A stretch of DNA of 64,000 bases from Nymphaea colorata (lineage: Eukaryota), in the NCBI RefSeq assembly GCF_008831285.2, contig NC_045138.2, forward strand, positions 33,914,001-33,978,000, read 5' to 3'. The position numbers and the translations under genes are program-made. This document shows positions 1-13,391 of the stretch, in pieces (the first letter of the stretch is position 1; every line of letters starts with the position of its first letter). The notes under the pieces are model-generated. The model was not told the DNA's origin. It ran no database searches and was given only the letters and a program-made list of their open reading frames with translations.

Positions 1-395
1 CTGGTTATGTGTGCCTCTGGACTCATCCATGTTTTTGTATAGAAATGCAAAATTTTATGCTTGCCATCTTAGTTTAGATTTTACTTTTTTCTGTGGCGAA
101 CAACTATTTCATTTATCCCACTGTAATTGGAATTTCCTGTAGTAACCTGGTAACTTCGCAGTATTGCAAAGAAAGAGAAGAGTTGATCTCTCCTGAGGTT
201 GTTTATGTCTATCTTTTTATCCTCAGAGAAAACCAGCAGCATGATCTCTTTGTTTTGATGGCTCGTCCATTGATGATATCTTTATGGTAGTGATAAATTC
301 AAAACACCAAGAGAACTTAAGCTTGTCCTGATTGTCATGGTTTGCCAAATTCTTCTGATGGTCATTCTAGATTGTCTGATTTTCTGGACATGCAG

Positions 396-1919
396 ACTTA
401 AAACGTGAACCTTTGAAATGGGAGCTTAGAGTACTTATAGCACAGGATGTGGCAAGGGGCTTGGAGTACCTTCATGATGGCGTAAGGCTTGTTATAGCAG
501 TTTATTGAATGTCTAAAGCTTTAACTTTTGCTTATTTCTGGACTCAACTGTCTTTACAGGCTGTTCCTCCAGTTTTGCATCGAGATATAAAGTCTGGTAA
601 CATACTACTGGATAAGTCCATGAGAGCCAGGGTATGGAATTTCCACATCTTGAAAGAATTTGCTCTTATTTATTTTCTACTTTCTGGGCGTGTAGATCAG
701 CAAAATAATGCCTAATGAGGTATAACAAACTGAGACTGAAAATTCAGGATAGAAAATGATTCCTGAATTTTCTTGTTGGTCATTGTCTATGCCTACAGGT
801 TGTAGGGGTTAGTTTGATACTTGTATAATATGCTTTGTGGTTCCCAAATTTCGAGCATTCCTGAATCATTCACTAACGCATTCTTGACCAGGTGGCTGAT
901 TTTGGGCTTTCAAGAGAGGAAGCAGTTAGTCAACGGGCTAATGATATCAGGGGTACTTACGGATATCTTGACCCTGATTATATATCAACAAGGTCTTACA
1001 CCAAGAAGAGTGATGTTTACAGCTTTGGAGTGTTGCTTTTTGAATTGATCACGGGCAAAAACCCCAATCAGGGCCTTCTCGAGTTAGTAGACCTTGTAAT
1101 GCTTCTTTCAGCTTCAACCTTTTTTATTTTGAGAGTCTGCTGCATTTGCATAAAGTAAAACCTGTCACATTTCTCTTTGTTGCTAGAAATTTTCATGATC
1201 TCATAATCAGCTATCGTCTCATCAAGCCTATCACTCAATACCATCTCATTTAGGAGATGTAACTCCATAGATTCTGCATGCACAGAATATTTGTATCACC
1301 TTTCAATTACTCAGTATATACTAGTGGAGTTCAGTTGGACTGATTCTGAAATTGCTGCTAAACATACTACGCCAGAATAAAATTTGCTGTTACTTGCAGC
1401 TGATTTAATGCAAGGGCATATACTCATGCCAAAAGGAACATATTGCCATTGTTCATTGTTGATAAATTTATTATTGACATTGTTGTTGCTGCAAACTATT
1501 CTGTCACGGTGGTGCAGTTAGTTGGATAACTAAATTTTTATTACCTGAAAGGATCCTCACTCCAGTGTTTTCTAATTCACTATTCCCATGCTTAGGCTGC
1601 ATTAAATGCTGAAGGAAAAGGTGGTTGGGAGGAAATTGTTGATCCTCGGATTGACCGGAATTATGACACTGAAGAATTGAATGGTATGGCAATGCTTGCG
1701 TACAAATGCATGAACCGCTTGCCACGGAGGAGGCCAGCAATGGGTGAGATAGTGCAGGCTCTTTCACGAATCCACAGGCCAAGGCAGAGCAGGGGCCATA
1801 CACCAACAATGTCTATGGACACTGCTTTAGAAATGAGCCAGCTAGAATCTCAGATTCCAAATGGGCAGCTACTCAGAGGAGAATCTGTTGACCGCATGGC
1901 AGTTCCCACAGAAGTTTAG
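396..1919 (+). CDS. Receptor-like protein kinase, CRLK1-like (3' four exons; the 5' part lies outside the window or was not located)
   Basis: GT-AG exons 396-481, 560-631, 892-1095 and 1596-1919 join to ...IAQDVARGLEYLHDG-AVPPVLHRDIKSGNILLDKSMRAR-VADFGLSREE...IRGTYGYLDPDY...KSDVYSFGVLLFEL...-AALNAEGKGGWEEIVD...RRRPAM. This covers kinase subdomains VI-XI (HRD, DFG). The CRLK1 assignment is from recalled family similarity. Confidence 0.9.
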
Positions 1920-2930
1920 ACGAACCATTAGTTCTCTATTGTTTGTTATATGAACATACTGCATTTTGTAAAAGAAGGAGAAAAGGAAAAAAAGTTTTAA
2001 GTTATTATACCTTCTAGGGTTTGACGGGTGTTTTCAAGTGCCCTGTATCTTCTTCAATTGTAATATAGTGTCTTTGGGGTTCCCCCGTTTTCTTCTTTCG
2101 TCTGTCTGCTTATTCTTTTAGACTTGTTTTCGGAATTGATACAGTTGTAGAAATTCCGCTTCTCAACCTGATCAGTTGAAGAGTATTCGGACAGTGTACT
2201 TAATGTCTTGCAGTTGATGAAAGATGACATTGAATTCTCCTTATGGATGCTTCCTCATAATAATGGTGTCGAAATGTACGGAAACGCCCTGCGGGAGGAT
2301 AGGTCTCCACCATTTATTATGCCAGAAATATGCTGGATGTATCTTCGGGAGATGGCATTCAAATTTAAGTAGCAAAAAAACACTTCCTTTGGTAACGAAA
2401 AATATTTGCGGCATAAAAAGTTAAATACAAATTAAAAGACTTGTTAATGTTCTTTTGTTAATATGTTGGCAGTTGGTGGGGCCATATTGGCCAATAGCCG
2501 ATAAGCACCAAACCAATATTGAAAATAAAATTCTTTTGCAATTTTAACTATGTATATATATGTTACCTATGTGATTAACTTGATAACAACCTACCATTGA
2601 TGATGTGATATTTTATTCTTAAGGTCATCAACTTTGTTAACTTTATTGCTGCCCACAATTGAAACCTGAAATATCATACACATCTCAATCTGACATCCGA
2701 TGGTTCATCCTTAACATACCGCCAAGATCGCATCTATACTGCCAAATATAGTTCAAACAGGTTAAAGTGATTAGATTCGGCGACGTTTATGTGTAGCCCT
2801 TGTTGTTTGAGTTCGACTAGTTGGCCTTTCAGTGACTCTGGAACAAGACGCGCCAACGAAGCCTAGGCTTAAGTTTGTCCTCATCTTACACCTTGCATGA
2901 ACTCAAATTTGGCAAGGGAAATTTTTCTTA

Positions 2931-3188
2931 GGCCTATTTTGTGCTTATAATTTTAAAAATAAGACTTGAATTTTTTATGAAAACTTCAGAAAAAAAAAAT
3001 GTTAACTAAAATATTGACAAGAATGTATTTTACTACCATAAGGTAATGTAGAAAAAAACGCAGGTAACCCTTTTTTCATGTTAAAAAAGTTTCACTTTAA
3101 GTCCTTATTTGATAGTTTTTGTGAAAAATGAGGTTTTTCAAAAAAAAAAACTGCTGTCTTTTCTAAAATTATAAATAAAAAATAAGTC
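2931..3188. mobile_element. Degenerate Tourist-like MITE
   Basis: Imperfect ~35-bp terminal inverted repeats (ggcctattttgtgcttataattttaaaaataagac / gtcttttctaaaattataaataaaaaataagtc), an AT-rich non-coding interior, and TTA / TGA flanks. Confidence 0.4.
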
Positions 3189-3682
3189 TGAAAGCATTTT
3201 ACTTAAAAATCCCTTCCTTGGAAGCCATAGATGGGGCCGCTCACGGCCGGGATTCCAGTCAGGCTTGGCTTGTCCGATTAATAGCTGTTATTCACTACTA
3301 AAGTATTACAAAAAAATTAATAACTTTTAGTTAATGAGGCTTAATAAAAACACCAGGTCAAAGTCAAAGAACAGATCCAACCCATTAGACTGGGTCGAGT
3401 CCTGACTCCCTACCCAAGTTCGGCGTTTAGACTCGCAGCTCAGATTGATCCATAATGGCTCAGTCTCGACAATAGGCTCAGGCCCTAACCGGGTTAGTGC
3501 ATAGCCTCAATCAGAAGGTTGGACAGATGATGAGTCCATGTTTGGATCTTAATAGATAATGAAACTCGATCCCGATGTATTATAACACACCCGCTTTCAG
3601 CCATTCCAGATCTGAAACCACCTTTGTAACGTTTGGATCTGGCATCATCATCTAAGCTTTGGGAAGTATACGTCGTTAATTG

Positions 3683-4105
3683 GGATGTCAATGGAAAAAT
3701 CAAATGCATGTTTGATTTTGGATGTTCACAGATTCGAATTCTAAATCAAATATTAGTACAAAAGAGTCTGAGCTTAAATTCAAAATCTGATTTCACAATC
3801 TAAATCTGTTTTTCAATTCACATTTGACATTCATATCTGAACGTTAAACCAAATCCGGCCGACTTTTAAAATGTAAGAGTGTTCGATAGAGGATATTTAC
3901 TTAGAACTAAATACAAGTTTAATTCGAATCCTGTGAGATGCTTATGTATATCTAAATCCGATTCCGGTCGTATGTTATTTGTTAAATCTAAATTTGATCC
4001 AATCTTTTAATCAAATATTAATCTTATCCGATTTTTTTTTAGTGGTTTGATCAGATATCAAATCCAAATCAGATATGTTAATAATAGTTAGATATGAAAT
4101 CACCA
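3683..4105. mobile_element. Degenerate AT-rich non-autonomous DNA-transposon-like repeat
   Basis: Starts GGGATGTCAATGGA, the same start as at ~24828, and carries many AATCCG/AATCTG/AATCCA motifs. Related decayed pieces lie near 24828-25050, 30220-30450 and 53195-53490. The right boundary is uncertain. Confidence 0.4.
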
Positions 4106-4447
4106 TCTTGGATCTGAGGACGTCCCCACCCGTTGCGACCACGGACAAGATGAATAGAAGATCCAATTCACCAAAGGATTTGAAAGGAAACCAGCTACCA
4201 TCTGCCCAAAAACTACAAACCGGACCCTGGTTTACTAACCGGATCTCGGAAGCCGTGGAGACCGGAAACCCGATAACCAGCTGAACCCAACCCGTATCCA
4301 TAGAGTGGGTTCGAAGAGGATAAACCGGAACGAGGGCAGTCAGATGAAAAAGGAACGAAGGTCCCCAACAAAAAAACGTAATCTGCTTAGCCATTCGACA
4401 CCCTCAGAGAGTGTAGTGGAGTCTCTGCGAAGAGGAGCAAACGGAAG

Positions 4448-7425
4448 ATGGCAGCCATGGCTGCGTTACAGCTCTCCATGTCTTCCCTTTCTCTCTCTAA
4501 ATCTTTCCTGGGCCAGAGCCTTTCTCCCACTCTTTACCCATGCCAGGTATGACTCGCTCTCTCTCTCGATTCTGCGTGTACAAATGTGAAACCAAAATGG
4601 TTGTCCCTCTTCTGTCATCTTTTCCATGTCGATGATGTTTCTCTGTCGGATTTCCTTGCTCTTTGGGAGCAAAGTTCAAACTGTTGTGTATCTATGTTTC
4701 CCTTGGAGTATGTTGAATTCAAGAATTTAAGTATTAAAATGATGTGAATTTCATGAAACTGGCCTTTAATGGGACTTTGGACCTGTGAAACGATCTTCTT
4801 CTGCCGTCCATGTTGTAAATTTTGTGGTCGTGGTACTGATTTTACGTTGCCATTGAACGAACCTCTTCATGAGGCGAATAAAAATGAGAAATGTGTCGTC
4901 GGTGCCGAAAAGTTTAAGGTAAGTGACCACGGAAAATCGAGCTTCGTTATCTACTGTGGCCCCATGGCAATGTTGCCTCTCACGTGGAAGATTTATGAGA
5001 TCCCCATGAAGTTCACGTTCGAAAGATCGTCTCTACTATGGATTGTCGAACTTCGGAATGACAAATTTTGGAAATGGCAAAGAAGAATTAGGTAAACAGA
5101 GAACGTTGGCACCAGTAAGCCAGTGACGCAATGGAGTGTGTTCATTCTGGATTCACTGAGAGCTAGGCTTGAAGTAGTCTCCTTGTGTTCGGTTCCTTGG
5201 ATCAGATATGTGCTTTCTGTGAATCCCTTGTTCTCAATTCGACATTTTCTATTTACAACATTTAGTTTGCAATTCCTTTGCTAGTATCATGCGTTGGTGA
5301 TTATCGTCTAGTGTGGTATACTAAAAGAGACTTTCGGTCGTTATCATGATAGTGTTTATCAAAACAGATGTTTAAATCGTTGACTTGCGAAAGAAAATTG
5401 TCTTTCTTTCCTTCATATGCCTTCGGTTTACAACTTATCATGGGAAACTTGCTGAAAATGTTTTATCCCATTAAAAGTGGCTGTAGCTTCAAGTTCAAGC
5501 TGCAAAAGAGGGAAATTGCTTCTTAGGAGCAAACCACGGACAAGTTTGCACATTATAAGTCCCAACTTGTGAGAATAGTGCATGACCACTTGTGGTAGCC
5601 GATGGTGCTTGATGTAGATATGGGGTTGCCGATTGCTTTCAAACGTGTTTTGATCCAAAAGCCTTCAAGAAATCGTGTCAAGAGCAACTCAAAACAATAT
5701 GGAATTTGTCTAGTTGCCCGTCTGTGGCACATCTGGTAAATATGTCCGTCCCAGTCTACATGATATCCTCAGGGTTTGATCGTCTAGGATTTGATCTGCT
5801 GGCTATTGGGTTGCTATCACAAGGTGAATGATGAAACCATGTAGAACTTGATTGGTTTGTATACGAAGCTTAAATTCACAGATCAGAAGATGGACTTGAT
5901 GCCTTTACTGTTTGTTGAATTGGGAATAATTTTAAAAAGGCTATCATCTGAACTAGCGTAATTTGTTGACCTGTTGTATCTCCTTCACCTTTGTAATTGT
6001 ATGTCAATAAATTGAACACATACTTTGCAGTAAGTATAGATGCTTGGTAGAATAGAGAAGGTTGCACTGCCTTGGAAGTCGGAAGATTTAGTTGCTTTTC
6101 ATTATTTCTTTCCACAAGGACAAATTTTTATGCTCTACACTATGAAAATGCAGGTTCAACGCCCCACTCAGCCATCCCCTGTGGTAATGAAGGTAAGAAC
6201 AATGCCAGTTTGCTGTTTGAATCTACATGCCTTTGTCAAATAAGTTGTTTCTGGTTACTCGATATTATTGCTGGAAATTAGAAACAATGGTTTATTGCTC
6301 TGTTATATGTTTTGTGATCTGCAGAACTAGTTTGTTGTCTCTTTCTTACTCTTCTTTTACTCAACCAGTTAAAGCGATGGGAACGGAAGGAGTGCAAACC
6401 TAACAGCCTCCCGGTGCTGCACAAAATGCATGTTAAAGTAGGAGATACAGTACAAGTAATATCTGGGCGTGATAAAGGGAAGATTGGTGAAATAACAAGT
6501 ATTTTTAAACATAATAGCACTGTCGTAATCAAGGACATTAACCTTAAGACCAAGCATATGAAAAGCAGAGAAGAGGGTCAACCTGGACAGATTGTGAAGG
6601 TTTGCTTTTCCTTTCACTTCTATTGCAGCATTCTGTTTCGTAGATGCTTCTGTTTCTCCTTTTATCGTTTCGTAGATGCTTCTGTTTTTCCTTTTATTGT
6701 TTGTAGTAGTAGTATGGTGGAATCGGATTGATATCTTCAGCTGTGAAGGCATTCTTCTTTCTGCTCCAACGCTGGGCTCTTGAGATGGTGTTTTAAATAT
6801 TTCTCATACCATGGTTGCAATGCTACTTGGATGCTGAAAAAATTGGCTGCTCGATTGAATTGCTAAGTTGTAGGTTTATTCTACACTTTTGTCGCATTAC
6901 ACTTTTAGCTGATGTGAGCTGCCCATCGAACCAATTATGAATGGAAAGGTTAAGTTGACACCAAGCAGTTAAGAATTTGTCATTTACTAATGTGTGCTCC
7001 ATGTGTTCACCTTAACATAGTTAATAAACCTGATGCATATTTCGATTCTTTTAAGTTTTAAGAATATCTGATCATATTTGTTCCTGTGATCTGACTATTT
7101 CTTGCAATGGCCATCTACCTGAATATGTTTGGGAAACGTCTTTAATAATTAAGCTTGATGATTGTCTCTCACAATACAAAAGAGGGAAAAAGAAAGTGAA
7201 CTAACTGCATGTGGTCTTGTGCATTTGCAGATTGAAGCTCCTGTTCACAGCTCAAATGTGATGCTGTATTCCAAAGAAAAGCAAGTTGCCAGCCGTGTAG
7301 GACACAAAATCCTTGAAGATGGTACTAGAGTACGTTACCTCTTGAAAACGGGTGAGGTGATTGATAGTCCTGAGCAATGGAAGAGGGTGGTAAAGGACAG
7401 GACAAAGAATGAAAGTTCTTCATGA
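4448..7425 (+). CDS. RPL24: 50S ribosomal protein L24, chloroplastic (uL24c)
   Basis: Exons 4448-4546, 6154-6192, 6369-6599 and 7231-7425 total 564 nt (187 aa). A Ser-rich transit peptide ([25 protein letters not shown]) is followed by [40 protein letters not shown] (KOW motif) ... [16 protein letters not shown]. Confidence 0.95.
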
Positions 7426-8956
7426 GTAATTACTTGTTTGTCACTTTTCCTTCTTTCCCTTTGATATCTCTTTAGATGTATTTTATCAGGTTGCCCATCG
7501 TTAGGATGGAATGGAGCTGGGTAGTCATTCATTTACTGTACATCTATGATAGGGACGGTGGAGAACTGTTTCTTTCACCAGAAGTTGCTTTTTCCCTGAG
7601 AACGCAAGTGTATGAATTTGATCTCTTAGATATCTATATTCTCAAAATGGCCTTTTATGTTATCATGTAGATCTGGCTTGTGCATGTCAATAGTTGTGGA
7701 GATTTCTCTGCCTTTTCTTTTGCACCTTGTGACAAGAAAACTTGAAGCAGCAATGGTAGGAGAGATAATGACCAGCATAGTGGTATCAAGGAGGCAATGA
7801 CCATGCAGGCCAGACCGCCGAGCACTAACGCTTTTATCTTTGTATGTTACTTTTGTACTTTAGGGGGTGTCCAGTCTTCCATGTCATAACATGCAAGGAT
7901 GAAGATGATTCTTTATGACGTTTAGCAGATGTGAAACAATGCGTCTTCCGATATCCTTTAAACCCATTGTTACCTCGCTAGATTTTGGAGCGCAGCACTG
8001 AGAAATGAAACATCTTTATGCATTGAAGGAATGCACCGTAACCAGAAACAAACATGAACAATCTGTTTTTATTTGTTTTTTGCACGTACCCATGTTCTCT
8101 GCCCGCAGCATATCCAGGAAATGTCATATGCTAGAAGGTTCAGTGGCAGCTGTTAGAGGTTCAGTGGCAGCTGTAAGGTCTAGAGCTGCTAGGAGGATTC
8201 ATTCCATCAGGGATTGGCCATTCCTCGACGATGATGATTTGACTTATTACTGGAGTTTCTTTTTCAGTTCTTTCACAAACTGGTCACGGTCCTTATGCAC
8301 CTCATTATGAACACGCTGGTAATGTAATAATGCGACATTTATGGGAACCTTTTTGACCTCATTATGGAAGACTCCGGATAATATAATAATGCGACGTTTA
8401 TGGGAACCTTTTAGAGGCATGAATCTTAATAAATGGTGCCGAAATTCAAGCTTGTCTCGGCTATCTACCGATCAACTTTCTGAAACTTGAAACAAGATCT
8501 GGATTTTACAGCATTTGACTCTCCTGTCATATGAACAGAAGCTTTTTTTTTTTTATGTAGATTACAGAGCTTATATCTACAGAAATATACCTAGGTGATT
8601 TTTATAGTTCCTAACCCGCCCCACAGATTGGTTTGAGCAAGAAAAAAGGGAAAAAAAAGGACAACTGACAGTTTGAAATCTAAACTCATGCACTCCTCAA
8701 AGGTTTTCGTTCTCATTAACCTATGATCATTCTCAGACCCGTCAAACGTGGCATGTTACATTGGGATGACCTATTTCTGGTTCAATTTACGGTTTTCCAT
8801 TGAAGATGTCAATCTGGCGTCCATGTCCATAACGGCAAAATGGACATAAAAAGCATGTTGATTGAGGAGAAAATCAGTATGATTGTCAATTAATAGCTAT
8901 TCGTATTTGCTGAAGAAAGACTATTTTTTCCCATTAAAAGTAAAAATGGAAAATCC

Positions 8957-10850
8957 TGTTACTGCAACATAAGAATTTAGTTTTCAAGAGATTAAAAGGA
9001 CTCCAATTTTAGAGTTTTCAATAGTGTTGGGCAAATTGGTTGCCATCTCGTCTCGAAAGCCTAGACAACGCCGTGTATTGGCCGACGACCGTACATTGGC
9101 ATATATGCAGCTGAATTGGCCAAAATAAATTAAGTTAATCACTTTTAATATTATTTCATTAATGTATTGGATGGTATGGTTTGGCCTTGTAAGGGAGCAA
9201 TTATCACTTTGCTTTCTTCTAGTCGGGTCATGTGCGTGCATCGGCAGATACACATGAACACTAACAGCCGTAGTTTTGTAGTGTTAATTTGAATTGCAAA
9301 CAAACTAAGAACTAGGCGTGTTTTCTGCAAGTAACCAGAGACCAAATACAAGGATACCGTTTTATCAATTATAATATACAATCCATCTTCTTGGGCCAAG
9401 GTCCTCAAAAAGTATTGTACATTGGTATCTTGTATCAAATCCTCATCTGCGTCCATGCTCTAGTAATCATATGCAGACATAACTCTCTTTTCACAAAGCA
9501 GCCCAAAGAGTCAGAACTCGACATTTACCCTCTTAGAGAAAGCCATGAGTTGTAAAGCTAGAAGAAAAAGATACTTCATAACCAAGTTGCACATCACTGC
9601 CCACTCCCTTCAGGTCCAATATACGCATTTAATTTCTCAGAGACCTTCACTCTTGGATTCATTAATTCGATGTAGAATGCACTAAATAGATTTGATTGCA
9701 GTCGTCGTAGTTAGCTGCTAAGGTTAATTATTGGGTCTTACTGAATTTAAGAGTTGAACGTAATGGATCTGGTCCCTTAGACGTGAACTGCCATGAGAGC
9801 AACAATAAAACTCCTTGGGCACACCTCTCGGACGCCAAGAGATACTTCAGCTTAAACAAGGTAAGCCGTCTACCCCCAGCCTGACGCAAACCAAGGGTAA
9901 GTTGGAAAGAGATTTCCATAAAAACTCCATCCTTCACATGAATCGAAAGCGGTTTTCCTATGGTATTGGTAAGATATGGTAGTTGAGATACACTTGGAGT
10001 TTGAAAAAAGGCAGGCTCATTAAGTTGTTTAGCTCCCCTAAGATTTTGGTTTAGCTCCCCTAAGGTTTTGGTTTACTGAAAGAAAGGAAAGAAGAGGACC
10101 GTGGTAGAGTCATCTTTGTGTGGTCTTTTTACTGTGATTAACATTCAAGCAAACATAAGCATTCGAGCTAGGAGGAGCATCTATGTCATGGGTCACAATG
10201 AGATCTAGTCAAATTAGTGCTGACCATGTTTTATTGGTGTCTGACACCTCATTGGATGAAATACTCTTACTTGAAACTAAAACTTTATCACTGGAGACGG
10301 CCATTAATTGAATGGACTTCAATAATTGAATTGAGTCAACCAACTATGCCGCCATATCTCTCCCTAATAATAGCCTCAGGGTCTACCAATCGTTTTAGCT
10401 TTTTTCGGGTCAATGAACAATAATCTTGTTTGTCCCCATTTCAGGACCATCTTTTTGTCGCGAAAAGTGGATATCGTAGATTGCAGATCACTTTCAAAAC
10501 TCGCAGTCACCGAGTACCGCTTGACTTCACCCTGCAGGGAAGGAAGTGGATGGACCATGGACGACGAGCCTCTGCTGATACTGAAACCGGTTGGTGACCT
10601 GCAGTTTCCAAGATATTAACGATGGTCGTTGGAGGCATTTAGTGCTATTGATTTCTTTGTCATTCACGGTGAGGGCACAAAGTTGCCGGCCCTTCTAGTT
10701 TGGCTTTGCCCCATTAGAAGAAGGTACACTTCAATAATCACGGCTGTTCTGGCCGGAATTATTAGTCCAGCGACGCAGGCCACGGACGTTAGATGCAGGC
10801 CAAGGGGGCAGGAACGTCCTAATGTCCTTGTTACTTATGAACTATAGGAA
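8957..10850 (-). mobile_element. Possible decayed LTR-retroelement remnant (putative LTR 8957-9380 plus degenerate coding-like sequence)
   Basis: Segment 8957-9380 has TG...CA ends and ATCC on both sides. On the minus strand it is preceded by a purine-rich AAGAAGATGGAT tract and a stop-riddled frame (...GVGSDVQLGYEVSFSSSFTTHGFL*EGKCRVLTLWAAL*...). No second LTR or recognisable gag/pol motif was found. Confidence 0.25.
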
Positions 10851-11749
10851 AACGAAGACGACCGTGCAGGGAACAAAAAATAAGCAAGCATTTTGCAGAC
10901 CTCCTATCGAGCGAAAGGGAAAACGGAAAAAGAAGGGGAACTTCAACTAATTCAGCTCTTTCTGAAGCATCTTAACGCCATCCATCCGACAACCAACCCT
11001 TCTGAAAGAAACAGAGTTGCACTTGCAAGGTGAAACCTTTCCTGGTTTAAGTTTCCTGCAGAACACTTCTTCCAAGAAGCACTGCTACATTGTCTTTTCT
11101 GCAAAGGAAGGGAAGGTGGGGGAAGAGATACTTCTTGAAACAAACGGACTTATCGAAATTAGTTTGTCTCGTTAGTTGAAAGAAGATTAATTTAGACGCT
11201 ACCATCTTAATCTTTGGGCCTAGGCTCTGCAATTTCACTCGGTCCGCAGCAGTGGAGAGTGGCAGAAAGTTTAGTTGAGCACGCTAACACCTAACACCTG
11301 ATCGGAACTTGTCCTGGCCAAAGGCATGTGGGTCGTCACATTCTGGTACTGTTCTTTGGGCTTGTGAACTATTGGAGTCAGGTTGTAGGGCCAGTTAATA
11401 ACGGGGTAGTCAGCTCCATGAATGTTTTCACAACTTGATTTGTCGGATCCATATTCAGATCCAGAACCAACTTACTCCCAATAACAAAGAGGATTGACGA
11501 CCGGAAACCAGATGCTTCAACAAATTCAAAATCCAAGACTCCCCATACGTTTGCCTTTTGGACATGCAGTTAAAGACGACATTTACTTATCCACCTAAAT
11601 TTAGGTCCGGTGGAGCCCGCAGTACGTGTTGATGAGTCTATAAATGCACAGATGGTTTGCCTGATGGGCAATATCCCACGAGTCACCACCATTCCCCCTC
11701 CCTGCGCTTCCCCCTCCTTCCTCGACCCTCGTCCCATAAACCAGCAGTC

Positions 11750-12534
11750 ATGGAAATTTCAGGTGATCGTCCGAAGAAGGAGATTACCTACTGCGTCACT
11801 GGGGGGAGTGGCTACATCGGGTCGTGGCTCGTTAAATCTCTCCTGGAAAAGGGCTACAAGGTCCACGCCACAACCAGGGATCCAGGTTCACTCACTCCTT
11901 CTTCTTTCAGATGTTCTCAATCTTCTGGTTTCAGGCAGTGTTATTGTTACCTTGAGTTGCCGGCATGAATTTCTAGACCGCGAAAACGACCTACCAACAT
12001 AGGTGTTGACAAAAAAAACAGTGCTACATTCCACGTCATGAAAACCACAAAAGCAAGTTCCCAGAGTTAGCCGTATAATGAAAGAGCTCACAAGAAACTT
12101 AGAAGCTAGCATGATGAGAAAGTGCCAACTTCTGAAATCTATAAGATTTAGAGATCTTCCTTTATCTCTGCTCCATCTCGAGAAATCGCAGGTAGGAGCT
12201 CAACTTCTCCGCCGGCTGATGATTTGTGCCGTGGAGCTTTAGGTATGCCACCAAGGCCGCTAAATACAAAGTTTGAAAGGTTAAATGAAAGACTAAAACT
12301 TACAAGCCTCCAAACTACATTGGACCCATTTGCCGCCCAACACGGAACCCACGTGATATATGCCACGGTCGAGGACATTCAGTGTGACTTTCATCAACAG
12401 TTTCCAATCCCTTCATGCCTCGAGTCCACCTGGGAAACAGCACCGCCTGAAAAGGCTGGACTCTTGTGATCACATGCCCGCCCAGCTTCCATCCGGGCCA
12501 GCCCGCGTGGGCTTCGAATGATTTTCGAAGCACG

Positions 12535-12572
<38 letters not shown>

Positions 12573-13315
12573 GTGCACTTGTTCAAGGATAGTGGGCGAG
12601 CAACCCATCGAGTGGGTCATAGAAACACAGGTTATGTCATTGGGGCTGTGCATGGTGCAACCCGGTGCACATAACCATTTCTCCATAATTTCGAGGTGGA
12701 GCCACTGGGGGCCGGTGTGCGGTCGTCATTAATTCATACATAACTATCTCTTTGGCCCTCCCTCGAGTAAAAGATTACACGCTCGTGATGCAAATTATGG
12801 TTATGGACCACCCTGACTTGGGTCGACTGCTCTTCTCTCTAACCTCTTGACTTGAGACTCGGGCTTTAGGTTGGTAATCAAGTTGTTAGAAGATAAGTAC
12901 GTAAAGTTTTAAGTAGCGTTTTTAGCACTTTGGTATAATATTTACTCCCATGGTTTACATGTGCTATCTTTTTGCATTTTTTTGTTATGTTCTTGTTTCT
13001 TAATTTTTCTTATCCAATTCCTAAGATGTGTGCTATTTATAGGATCAGTTTAATGGAAATACACTCTTAGATAACCTAAAACGAACATATCTCAAGATTC
13101 TTCATCTTGTGATAAAAAAATCAATAGCAAAAAATGTATCAAACTTCGAATCCCATATTTATAACCTGTATGTGGCAGTGGTGATTGCTGTATACTCCTT
13201 CGTTTTTCTACTATCGGGCCCACATTGTGATTGCTGTCATTTGTGATCCAAGGGGCGAATAGCGTGACAGAGCACGTGATTAAAAGACTCTATAATCAAT
13301 TGTTTCTTTTATTTA

Positions 13316-13391
<76 letters not shown>

